Source of the DNA: Felis catus
Taxonomy: Eukaryota
Direction of reading: 5' to 3'
DNA: 64,000 nucleotides
NCBI RefSeq assembly: GCF_018350175.1
Contig: NC_058368.1
Span: 83,516,001 to 83,580,000, forward strand
Shown: positions 40,375 to 51,501 of the stretch, one piece after another
Numbering within the stretch: position 1 is the first letter of the stretch
Layout of the letters: every line of letters begins with the position of its first letter
Made by a program: the position numbers and the translations under genes
Notes under the pieces: model-generated
The model's database searches: none
What the model saw: the letters and a program-made list of their open reading frames with translations, nothing else
Told to the model about the DNA's origin: nothing

Positions 40375-41245
40375 TTTTATTAATAAAGTTTAAATCTTAC
40401 TTTTTTTGGTTCACAGAAAGTTCAGCAGATGGTTCAGTGAGTTACCATATATTCCTTCTCTTTCTCCTATTATTTATATCCTGTATTAGTGTGGTTCATA
40501 TATTACAATTGATGCGCTAATTTTTATACATGATTATTAATTACGGTCTATAGTTTATATCAGGATTCACTCATCCTGTTCTATGAATTTGGACAAATGC
40601 ATGTCATGTAACTTCCACTACAGCATCATACAGAATAGTTTCACTGCCCCAAATCCTGCGTGTTCTCCCTATTCATCCTTTCCTCTCCCTAAGCCCTTGG
40701 CAGTTCTAATCTTTTTATTATTTCTATAGAGCTTCTTTTTCTAGGATGTCATATAGCTGGAATCATATAGTATGTAGCTTTTTCAGATTATCTTCTTTCA
40801 CTTTGTCCTATACGTTGAAGATTCCTTCATGTCTTTCCATGGTTTGATAGCTCAATTCTTTTTATCGCTGTATCGTATTCTATTGTCTAAATGTAGTGTA
40901 GTTTGTCCATTCACCTACTAAAGATAACTTGATTAATTCTAAGTTTTGGGTGATTATGAAAAAAAAATTCTATAAACATCCACTTGCAGGTTTTTGTATA
41001 AACATAAGTTTCCGAATCAGTTGGGTAAATCATGAGAAACACAATTGCCAGGTCATATGGTATGGCTATGTTTCATTTTGTAATAAACTACCAAACTGTC
41101 TCTTCAAGTAGATGTACTATTTTGCATCCCCACCAGCAATGAATGTGAATTCCTGTATTTTAGAATTTTGGTATTGCCAGCAGTTTGAATTATAGCCATT
41201 CTAATAGGAGTGTGATTCAATATAATTGTTGTTTTAATTACTATA
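40375..41245 (-). mobile_element. Old L1 (L1MC-like) 3' end
   Basis: 'acagcatcatacagaatagtttcactgcccc...ctccctattcatcc' is characteristic of L1MC 3'UTRs. Confidence 0.75.
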
Positions 41246-42909
41246 TTTTGAAAGTATGCTTATTTATCCTTTTTCTAATCATTCTAATAACATTTACTTT
41301 CAATTCCTGTAGTTGGGATATTAAATTTACCTATTACCTATTTACCTATTATCAATCCTTTGTACCTTAGTATAATTAACAAGGGAGTATGATTATGTAA
41401 GCTAAGGATAGAAAAAGGAAAATGGGGGAAGTAAGAAAAAAAAGCATGGATATTATGAAGATGAAAAGCAATTACATTTGTTAAAAATAGCTAAAATAAT
41501 ACTAACATTAATTACATTTTTCATATTTGATCTTTAAAATCTTATAAAGAAAAATATATATTAGCTAAAATGTCACAGGAAAGGAAATTTGGTTCCATTG
41601 ATATTAAGTGATGGACAGAGTTTCTTGAAAAAAATGGACCTGAAATTAATGCTCAGTTTTCAGGATCAGTTCCCTCTTTCTTTTCTGTTTTATGTATTGT
41701 GTTTCTTGTACTTCACCATCTTTGAGTTGGAAAGAAACTCCCTAATATCTGACACATGATGCTCCCCAAGCCAGTCTGAAAAGATCGAAGGATATGAGAT
41801 CTTCCAGAAAGAAAGACTCAAAAAGATTAACTCTGGTTTGCAACTGATAGCCTTGCTGAATTAGATGCAAGCAGGTCTGTTTTCCTGATTAACTGGTAGT
41901 CCAATCCACAGTGTTCCAACATGTATTGTTTCATTGGTTAAATATTTTGTCTACCACTCAACAGCTTTTGTAGTGCAGTAGAAGGCTTGGCTGTATTTAC
42001 CTCACACACCACAACTAGTGCCTGTCAGCAGCAAAACATCACTGAACCCAGTCAGGATTTTTTCAGACTGGTAAGAACACAAAGCCTGGCATAGCACCAT
42101 GCAGAAATGGCCCAAGAGGTCTGGGATATGGCTCAAGTTCTTCAACTGGGTCTACAATTAAACCTAAACACATGCATTCTCTGGATTTCAGCTTCCTAAA
42201 GAAATTGTACTAAGTCATTTCCAAAGAATTTGCCAGCTCTAGCTTTCAAATGAAAACCTACTTATTTTCGTCCATTCTGAAATGTTATCCAATGGAAAAC
42301 CAAATGTTGCAACAAAGAAAAAGTGGGCTATTCACTTTTTCTTTGAAAGAGAAAGATTTATAAAAACATCCCCACACAACTTACATCTAGAGAGACATTC
42401 CAGAAATCTAATAATTTTAATGAATTGAAGAAACTTAAAATGGATTAGTGAATTTGTGAATTAACTGAGCACTTTTTTCTCTCTCATCTCTCAATGTCTT
42501 CTGATGTAATAATTACCATTTAACGAATATAACATCATAGAATTGACCTACAGAGGATTAGTCTGCATTTCTGCAATAATACATGATTCATTTTCTCCAG
42601 CTCTAAATTTACATAAAGGAAGAATGTTTTCAGTTGCTAATCAAAGAAAGATGTCTAGGTTTTCTGAATACTGATTTGTGTGTACTTAAGTATTCCCTTT
42701 GAAGTGTTCTGACACTTTAGTCTCTTTCAAATGTATACACCTCTAACCCTTTCATAAACCCCATCAATATGCCTTTAAACAATGTAATAAACATCACTAA
42801 TTTTTATGAGAACACTGACAGTGATCAGACTATGTAATATTAACCAGACATTTGGGAGCATTTATATAAATTAATTACAATCAGAGAAGTGGTGTGAGGT
42901 AAGACTTGG

Positions 42910-43400
42910 AGTTGTATAGTTTGTTGTCACCTTGGTTTCCATACAACACCCAGTGCTCATCCCAACAAGTGCCCTCCTCCCCGCCCACCACCCACTTTCC
43001 CCTCTTCTCCAACCCCCCATCTACCCTCAGTTTGTTCTCAGTCCTTAAGTGTCTCTTATGGTTTGCCCCCCTCTCTCTCTGTAACTTTTTTCCCCTTCCC
43101 CTCCTCCATGGTCTTCTGTTAAGTTTCTCAAGATCCACATATGAGTGAAAACATATGATGTCTGTTTTTCTCTGCCTGGCTTATTTCATTTAGCATAATA
43201 CCTTCCAGTTCCATTCACATTGCTACAAATAGCCAGATTTCATTCTTTCTCATTTCCAGGTAGTTTTCCATTGTATATATAAGCCACATCTTCTTTATTC
43301 ATTCATCAGTCGATGGGCACTTAGGCTCTTTCCATAATTTGGCTATTGTTGAAAGTGCTGCTATAAACATTGGGGTACATGTGCCCCTATTCATCAGCAC
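42910..43400 (-). mobile_element. 5'-truncated L1 3' end (lineage A), no poly(A) visible
   Basis: Matches ~17480-17955 in reverse; ORF DLEKLNRRPWRRGRGKK. Confidence 0.9.
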
Positions 43401-43470
43401 ACATATTTATTTGTATCAATGATCAAAGCAATAGAAAAGTAAAACAACAATTAAAAAAAAGAACTGGAAT

Positions 43471-44054
43471 CGTAACCAGCATAGAGGGTTGCTCCAGGTG
43501 GTATGTAAAGTTTTTTCTATAAGATGTTTTTCAGGAGCCCAACTCAGAAGACCCACATGAAAAGGCAAAGCACCAAGACTTTTAGAAGAGGACATGATAT
43601 GTGCAGACATGGGATTTAACACAGAACCATTTTGAGCCAGATCAGAGCTGAAGCATGTGCAGAATTCCCCTGAACTTCTCTACCTTTAACTTTAGAGGAT
43701 TACAACACTAAAATCTGCTCTGGAGGCAGATCCTAGGCAATTTTTTGAACTTGAGACATATGCACTATCATGTAAATGTGCTAAGTATGCACAGTAAACC
43801 TGGAATGCCTAAGTAATAGAATACGTATAAGTTCCCTAGTATATATGCAAGCTTCTGGCCTCTGCCCCATCTGCATACTAAATAAAAGCTAATTGCACTA
43901 TCCCCAAAGAGATACAATGCTTTAGGAAATATCCCCAGTATTCTCCTTAGTTACTGCAAGGAAATAAAAGCTTCCATACCAGACTGACTGTATGCCTTGT
44001 ATGTGCTACTGGCTTGCATTCACCAAGCGAAGGGACCCATTGTGTCCAGTAACA
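43471..44054 (+). mobile_element. Solo LTR (ERV1-like)
   Basis: Termini (C/T)GTAACC...GTAACA, 4-bp TSD GAAT (43467-43470, 44055-44058), internal AATAAA, U5-like end. Confidence 0.75.
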
Positions 44055-44272
44055 GAATGGGAGGACATGGAGAAATAATAAACACCAGTGGTATTTAGGC
44101 ACTCGCATTATTCATGTTACAAGGTTTCACATTTTTGACAAAATTAGTGCTGATGCACTTTTCAGCATAACTGGCATTGGCAGTTGCTGAATACATTAGT
44201 AGTATTACCTATGGTATAACCTCAAGTAACAGCACCCATGCACCCCTGAGCAGATGTGGATGATTTAGACTG

Positions 44273-45232
44273 TCAGAATCCTTCCCGTGTCACACCACGA
44301 ATCCCTTGACATCTTGCCAAGACCCTTTTAAAGGCCCCGGTTACATCTGTGTTTCTCAAGCTGTAAATGAGAGGATTTAACAAAGGAGTGAGAATGGTGT
44401 AAAAGGCGGAGAAGACCTTGTCTTTGATCGGTGTGTGGTAGGATTGGGGAACCATATATGTATACAGGGCAGCCCCATAAAACAAGGTCACCACCATTAT
44501 GTGTGATGAGCAGGTGGCAAAAGCCTTCTTCTTCCCTTCTGCTGACTTCATCTGGTGCACTGTGATGAGAATTCGGGCATAGGAAGCAATTATCACAGAG
44601 AAGGGGATCAGCAGCATCATGACACAGCAAACATACATTACCATTTCATAGGCAGCTTTGTCACCACAGGCCAGCCTCAGCATGGTAGGTGCTTCACAGA
44701 AGAAGTGATTGATCTTGCGGGAACTGCAGAATGGGAGACTCATGGTGATCGGAGTGAGGAGGAAGCTGTCCAAAGCACCACCAAACCAAGAGCTGGCCAA
44801 GATCATCCAACAGACCCGGTGGCTCATAAGAACAGGATAGCGAAGCGGGTTGCAGATGGCCACATAGCGGTCATAAGCCATGAGTCCTAGCAGGAAAAAT
44901 TCAGCCCCCACAAAGCCCATGTAGAGAAAGTGCTGGGCTGTACAGGCAACGAAGGAGATAGTCCCCTTGCCCACAAGATAATTGACCAGCATCTTGGGCA
45001 CAATGGTAGAGATGTACATCATGTCAATGAAGGAGAGGTGGCTGAGCAGGAAGTACATGGGGGTATGGAGGTAAGGGTCTATATGGATCAGGAAGATCAT
45101 GACCCCATTAACTATCATGGCCATGAAGAATACAGCACAAATTATGCTGAAAAGGAAGCCTGAGGTTGCACCATGAGTGAAGAGCCCTATGAGGGTGAAG
45201 TCACTGGAACAAGTTTTATTGTCTCCAACCAT
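44273..45232 (-). CDS. OR2T6: Olfactory receptor family 2 subfamily T, OR2T6-like, 319 aa
   Basis: Intact ORF with all OR motifs; [55 protein letters not shown] match my recollection of human OR2T6; Kozak ACCATGG. Confidence 0.92.
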   Translation of the reverse strand: MVGDNKTCSSDFTLIGLFTHGATSGFLFSIICAVFFMAMIVNGVMIFLIHIDPYLHTPMYFLLSHLSFIDMMYISTIVPKMLVNYLVGKGTISFVACTAQHFLYMGFVGAEFFLLGLMAYDRYVAICNPLRYPVLMSHRVCWMILASSWFGGALDSFLLTPITMSLPFCSSRKINHFFCEAPTMLRLACGDKAAYEMVMYVCCVMMLLIPFSVIIASYARILITVHQMKSAEGKKKAFATCSSHIMVVTLFYGAALYTYMVPQSYHTPIKDKVFSAFYTILTPLLNPLIYSLRNTDVTGAFKRVLARCQGIRGVTREGF

Positions 45233-45247
45233 GGTGTTAAGTTGGAC

Positions 45248-45270
45248 CTAGAGTGATAAGGAAATAAGTG
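45248..45270 (-). other. Splice acceptor of the OR2T6 coding exon
   Basis: cacttatttccttatcactctag/G, 15 nt upstream of the ATG. Confidence 0.75.
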
Positions 45271-45963
45271 GGGGGTTAAAGAAAATTCCAGTAGATAATA
45301 TGAATCATTTAATATGTAAGTATAAGCATTAGTAAATTAAAATTACTTGTATAATATTAAACATTTTGTTCATGTGTATATATTGTGGAGTGGATTTGCA
45401 GTTTCTTTCTTGGATATTTCTTCTTGTTGAGGAACAATTTTGAAGCTGAGACTCCATGGCATGAAGACGAATGGATATTTGACAATTGATCAGTTTAAGG
45501 GAGTGTAGTTATTGAAGAATATGTGGACCCCACAGATGCTTCACCTAAAGTTGGCTTCATGTTTATTTAAAACACGGATAGGGCTGTAAAACAATTGATT
45601 GAGTTAATTCAAATAACCAAATAATTTAGGAAGATGTTTTATTGAATTGGGAAGTTTATGGCAACTATGAAACTGACCTGCCTCATCTAGACATAACCAT
45701 TAAGTTGTAGATATGGCTGAAAATTATGCAATATAGTAAATTGGATCACTGCATTGTCCATCTGATCATTATTCAACCTTATTTTTTTCTTCACTCATTT
45801 GTTGAATTAGTAAATTGTACACCTGAAACTACTATTATACTGTATGTTAACTAACTGGAATTTAAATAAAAACAAACCAACAAAAAGATAAAGTGATTCT
45901 ATTATATAATAAAACACACTAAATAAAATTACAGGCATTGTTCATTAAAATATCAGAGAACCT

Positions 45964-46168
45964 GGGGCGCCTGGGTGGCTCAGTCAGTTGAGCGTCTGAT
46001 TTTGGCTCAGGTTATGATCTCATGATCAGTGAGCTGGAGCCCTGCACTGGGCTCTGTGCTGACAGCTCAGAGCCTGGAGCCTGCTTCAGATTCTGTCTCC
46101 CTCTCTCTCTCTGCCCCTCCCCCACTCATGCTCTGTTCTCTGTCAGAAATGAATAAACGTTATTTTTT
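45964..46168 (+). mobile_element. Can-SINE
   Basis: Canonical head; TSD aaaatatcagagaa. Confidence 0.95.
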
Positions 46169-46344
46169 TAAATATCAGAGAATCTGAAAAAAAAACACAC
46201 AGTAATGCCCCATAATTATGAACTACTCTCAATTATAAATGTGGATTAAAATCTCCCCCAAATTAATATTAGTTATTAAACCCAGAAATGCATTAAAAAA
46301 CCATATCTGCAAATCTGTTCATATAAACCCACTCCCTCTCCTTT

Positions 46345-46511
46345 TGTTAAAAAAAATAATGTTTATTTTTGAGAGAGAGAGAGAGAAAGAGGGAGAGTGA
46401 GCATGAACAGGGGCTGAAGCTCAGAGCCCGACACAGGGTTCAAACTCATGAGCTGTGAGATCATAACCTGATCCAAAGTCAGACGCTTAAGTGACTGAGT
46501 CATGGGTTCCC
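46345..46511 (-). mobile_element. Can-SINE with internal deletion
   Basis: (GA)n, gagcatgaacagggg, agagcccgacacagggttcaaactc. Confidence 0.85.
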
Positions 46512-47213
46512 CTCCCTCTCCCTCCTAATATGCTTTAAAGTTCAGCATTATTTGTGGGCTAACGATAAAAGTCCTGAATGTGGTTTGCATGAACTTTGGT
46601 AGCCTGAATATTCAGGACTCTGTTCTCTAGTGCTTTGTCAGTTTCTCACATTTGTCTCCAAGAAAATAACCAGACTCAGAAGTTCCCCCTGCCTGGAACA
46701 CGATTATTCTCTATTTATGTGGTTTCTATAATCCCAGGTCTCAGCTCACATAACTTCCCACATGGACCCTTTCTGGTGTCAATAATAATGTCAAATACTC
46801 TCATGATATGTTAACATATTTGTTCATAACATCAACAAAATATTGATACAAAATATCAACAAAAATGATGAAATAGCTGGTACTAAACTTGGAGAAAAGT
46901 GTAAAATTGAAATTCTAATAAGAACTTTTTTCTGGAGAAACTTGGTGAAATAATTCTAAAGTGTATCTGAAAGAATGAGCATATGTTAAATGTCCAGAGG
47001 GAAAAATGTTAAAAATTGACAGTACATTCACCTCTGTAACACCTATGCAAAATATGGAAGCTGAACAACTAGACAGAAAAGACAGATTAGAAATAAACAT
47101 CCCTCACCACCACCAGTCTCCAAAATATACAGAAAATCATAGCATGTAAGTGGTTGCTACACATAAGAATTCAAATAAATGGAAGGATTAATTTAATAAT
47201 ATTTATATGGAAG

Positions 47214-47681
47214 TGAAGGAAAACCAAAAATATCACCCCAAACTCTTTCTCTGACATAAAAGTTATTTTGAGCTGAAGGAAATTAAGCAGAAGCAAACTC
47301 AGATAATTCTCTTTTCTACATAAAGGCAGAATATAAATCATCCTTTTCCTAGAGACAGACTCTTAGCCCAGAGATGGCCCCTAATAAATCTGCAAAAAAT
47401 CTTTATTTGTTCCCTCCCTTATATTTACATTTCCAATGTGCTGCTCTTGGAAGTCTAAGAGCCCTATAATTTCTCTACAAACTCATTGTTCTTTTTTGAA
47501 GATGCTATATAAGTCTCAGTTTTAAGACATCACCTTGAGTTACTTTTTTTGTTTTGGTTTCTCCTAGGTGTTATACACTGCATGCATTAATAAGCTGTTT
47601 TTCTTTTGTTGATTTGTCATTTTGTTAAAGAATCTCACCTAAACATTACATGAATAGAGGTAAAATTTTGTCTCCCCTACA
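47214..47681 (+). mobile_element. Solo LTR, MER34-like
   Basis: TGAAGGAAAACCAAAAATATCACCCCAAA start, ttattttgagctgaagg, tgctatataag TATA box, TCTCCCCTACA end. Confidence 0.8.
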
Positions 47682-47879
47682 GATTAAAAAAAAATTACAA
47701 TTTAGAGTTAAAGGTTAAGACTTTTCTTTTAAACTCACAATCTTTACATCAGGTGGCTCAAAAGCTTGAGTAAAAAATATATTACATTTCTAAAAGAAAA
47801 CTTTTAGACAAAGAAATATTATTTTTTTCATAAGAAAAAGGAATTTTCAAAGAATGACAGTAACACTTAGAATATTCTT

Positions 47880-47988
47880 TATTTTAAGATTTTGTTTTTA
47901 AGTAATCTCTATACCAAACGTGGGGTTCAAATTTACAACTCCAAAATCAAGAATTGCACCCTCCACTAACTGAGGAAGCCAGGTACCC
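47880..47988 (-). mobile_element. Short Can-SINE variant
   Basis: ttttaagattttg..taagtaatctctataccaaacgtggggttcaaa..ccaggtacccc. Confidence 0.75.
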
Positions 47989-50076
47989 CATACATTTAGG
48001 ATTTTCAGTATGAGAAAGCGGGTTCATGCACTCTTACACACTGATAGCATGAGTACAAATTAAAAGATTTTCTCTAGATGTTTTTGGCAACATTTATTTT
48101 ATATCAAACATCTTTTATAAACATCTACACTTCAGCTATTTTTACAAATTTATTCTGAGGAAAAAATAGTATGAAGATGTGAGTATCTGCAAAGATGCTA
48201 ATCAATCATTGCTTTTGACAGTAAAAATAAACTGGAAACAATCTAAATAATCAACATCACCAGACTGACAAAATTAAACTCTCTGCAGCTTACCTTGTAC
48301 CTATTGATAATAGTGATGTGGTTTAGGGTTTCTGGTCATGTAAATATGCGCAGGATGTATTTTTGATTAAAAACACATACTACTACTCATTTACAGAAAT
48401 ACATATGTATATAAAAATTATAATAATCTATACATAGTTTAGCAATTTTAGCACAGAGATAAGAAAGAATGAGCCCAAGGGCAGAGGCTCAAGAAACAGC
48501 AACCTTGAGGCTCTGCAGAATTGAATGGCGCTTGAGGAATCAGGAAGACACTTTACCAGAGCATCATAGAATCTGGTTTATTTTACTTACTGAATATTAT
48601 AAACTTTATATTTAGTCCCTTTTCAAGTAAAATGGACTAGATCCTGATGGTAATCAGAGTCCCATAAACATATCTTGAATCTCTCCCTGGTGCTCTCAAT
48701 CTTTCTGACCAGGGAGAACACCATCCTCTTACCCCCATGATAGCTTTTCCATTTGATTCCACAACTTGTAGCAGTGTGCCTAGGGTTTCTATTTGCTCCT
48801 TCTATCTTCCCAACTACAATGTGACATATTTGAGAGTAGAGCCATCATCTAAATAGTCTTTATATTTGCAGTTATTAGAACAGTCTTGCATATAACAGAT
48901 GGTCTACATATCAATAGATTACTCCTAGAATTTAATGACTCCTATACTTAATATTTTCCCATTTCAAATGTGTACATGAGGGGAAAATAAATATAAATAT
49001 TTGCTTTTGCTACTCCCTGTGAAAGCACACTGTACCAAAAAGGCTAACTTTGAAGGCCTCTTAAGTCAGAACAAAACTGGGTCTCTGGGGAAGAAAGAAA
49101 GTGAATATCAGTCAGAGAGATGATGTTGTCAGCCATCGGTTCCCTTCTAACCACATAAATACATTATCCATGCACTTTCAACACAGCTTAACAGCATCTT
49201 TCCAACCAACAGCTACAACCATTAATGAAAAGCACTCCCACCTTTTGGATACTGCCTCTTGATGTGTCTAAAATGGGCCACAAAATGCAATACATAGAAT
49301 CAGTTCATGAAATAGTTATTGGCTTTATCACAATGCTACCAGAATGATTTTCCATTTGATTATCTTTACCCTAAGCCCTTCTGCAAGAAAGTGATATTTG
49401 TTTTAAACAAGTGAATGGATATTTGTAGTTGAAGCAACAGAAAATTTGCAGCCCTCTCTCAATGTTTCTATGATTATTATTACACTCTACCTATATATCT
49501 ATATTATATTATAGCTATACAGCATATACACATATAGTATACCTATTATACTATATCTATATACCTATATTATACTATATCTATATTTATACTATATCTA
49601 TTATTATACTGATGATCCCATTTTAAGTATTCCATTTCACCTGAAAAACCTACCTTTATGTGTGCTAAATGAGTAATGTGACAGTAGTCAGAAATAGTTA
49701 AATAATAGCCTATGTTTTAAGGTTTGACAACTAGTTTTTAGTCTACAATTTGGGCCTTATTAGTTCAGTCAAAAATATTTGCCTTTGGACTCCTGGCTTG
49801 TGCTTCATCTACTTCCAGTCCATTCTTCTTAAGGTAGAGCACCCTAATTCCTTAAACCTCCACCAAAATTTCTACTTTACAAACCTATTCAATTTAATTG
49901 TTTTGGCATCTTACTTAAGTCTTCATGTTTTAAATTTATATCAAGTTTGTTGTAAATGGAGGTGCAAAAAATATCTGAATTTTATCAAACCATTGACCTT
50001 TCTTATCCATTCTCCCGCCCATACCCCACCCTAGCCCCCATGCACATTATTTAAGAGATACAAATGGTTTTCTTAC

Positions 50077-50122
50077 CCTTAGAATGTAGGTGAAGAAGGT
50101 GATAACAGCAGATGACTTATAT
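50077..50122 (-). other. Candidate 46-nt non-coding 5'UTR exon of OR2T6
   Basis: Pyrimidine-rich acceptor ending ttttctag/ and donor AGG/GTAAGA on minus. Confidence 0.5.
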
Positions 50123-51101
50123 CTAGAAAAAGGTATATGAATCAAAAGCAAAACTAGTTACAGACAACATCACAAGAGATAAGACCTTAGAAAATAAGCA
50201 GATAAAATGGAACTTCCTTGGTTTCCTTATTTCTTATCCTCATAGAGGTCTCCTTCCTTCCTTGAAGTGATGGCAGGAGATTCAGGTTGAAAGACACAAA
50301 CCATCAAAAAGAAGAGTGTTAGAAGTATTTAAAGATGAAACCTTAACTGGAGCCATGGATTTTACACTTCAGTGCCACAAAAACTTTGAGGCACACTGCA
50401 CCAGAGAACTCAAGAGAACGTTTAAATAACCTGCAGAATGTTATCATAATCATTCTGAGATTTCTTATGGAGACATCTCCTTCTAAGAATCCAAGGGTTA
50501 TCAATTAAACTGGCTCTGGTTGGTACTGAACCAAACTGAGACTTCACTCAAATGTCTAAATTGTAAGCAAACGTTCCACAGCTAAAGTGATTGGGCTGAA
50601 TTCTCTCCAGTATTTTTTTTTAATTAGTAGCTTGAGAACAACTATTTTATGGATGTTTCATCACCAAACACTTATGTCTTTTATTCCTCTAGAGAACAGA
50701 TTAGTAATAATGGGAAAATTGCCAACAGAAGGAAAGAGAAGTTTTCATTTGGTCATTTAATTTCTCACTTCGAGAACAATTGTCAGCTCTAATCCTGTCA
50801 TTTTTCTCTTTCAATAATCACCTTCTCATAAAGTCCACTCATTAACTAAATGCCACCAAAATAACTTCTACAATCACCAACTTAATAAAAGTACTGGCCA
50901 ATTTGATAAGAAAGCATGTTTTTGTTTAGCCTATTGTCAGTGTAATGGATGTAAAAACCCAATTTAAGAAAATGATTATTATGAAACCTTATTTAAAATA
51001 TGGTTAGAAAACAAAGTTGGTGAAAATACTTTATTCCAGATTGGTAATTCTTAATTCATCTACAAGCCACCTTTGTTTGAAAAAAAAAGCCATTGCTTTC
51101 T

Positions 51102-51325
51102 TTTTTTTTTTTTAATTTTTTTTTAACGTTTATTTATTTTTGAGACAGAGAGAGACAGAGCATGAACGGGGGAGGGTCAGAGAGAGGGAGACACAGAATC
51201 TGAAACAGGCTCCAGGCTCTGAGCTGTCAGCACAGAGCCCGACGCGGGACTCGAACTCACAGACCGTGAGATCATGACCTGAGCTGAAGTCAGCTGCTTA
51301 ACCGACTGAGCCACCCATGCGCCCC
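51102..51325 (-). mobile_element. Young Can-SINE
   Basis: Canonical; TSD gctttctttttt starting at 51095 and 51326. Confidence 0.95.
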
Positions 51326-51501
51326 GCTTTCTTTTTTTAAAACAACAATTCATTTAAAAAATGCAAAAACATGGAAAATAGTTCATCACTACAAAAAGCA
51401 AAAAAATGTGCTAGTTCAATCTGAAGACTTTGATATGTTCAATTTATCTCTGGGAACACCAGACTTTGTGGTTTCAGATTAATACTTCTTGTGATTATTT
51501 A

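Noticed and set aside
27930..45070. Recent gene conversion between OR2T1 and OR2T6 over TM2 (identical peptide [29 protein letters not shown])
   Set aside because: Multiple synonymous differences persist across the stretch, consistent with purifying selection
49490..49610. Repeated tatactatatctat units
   Set aside because: Ordinary low-complexity AT-rich repeat
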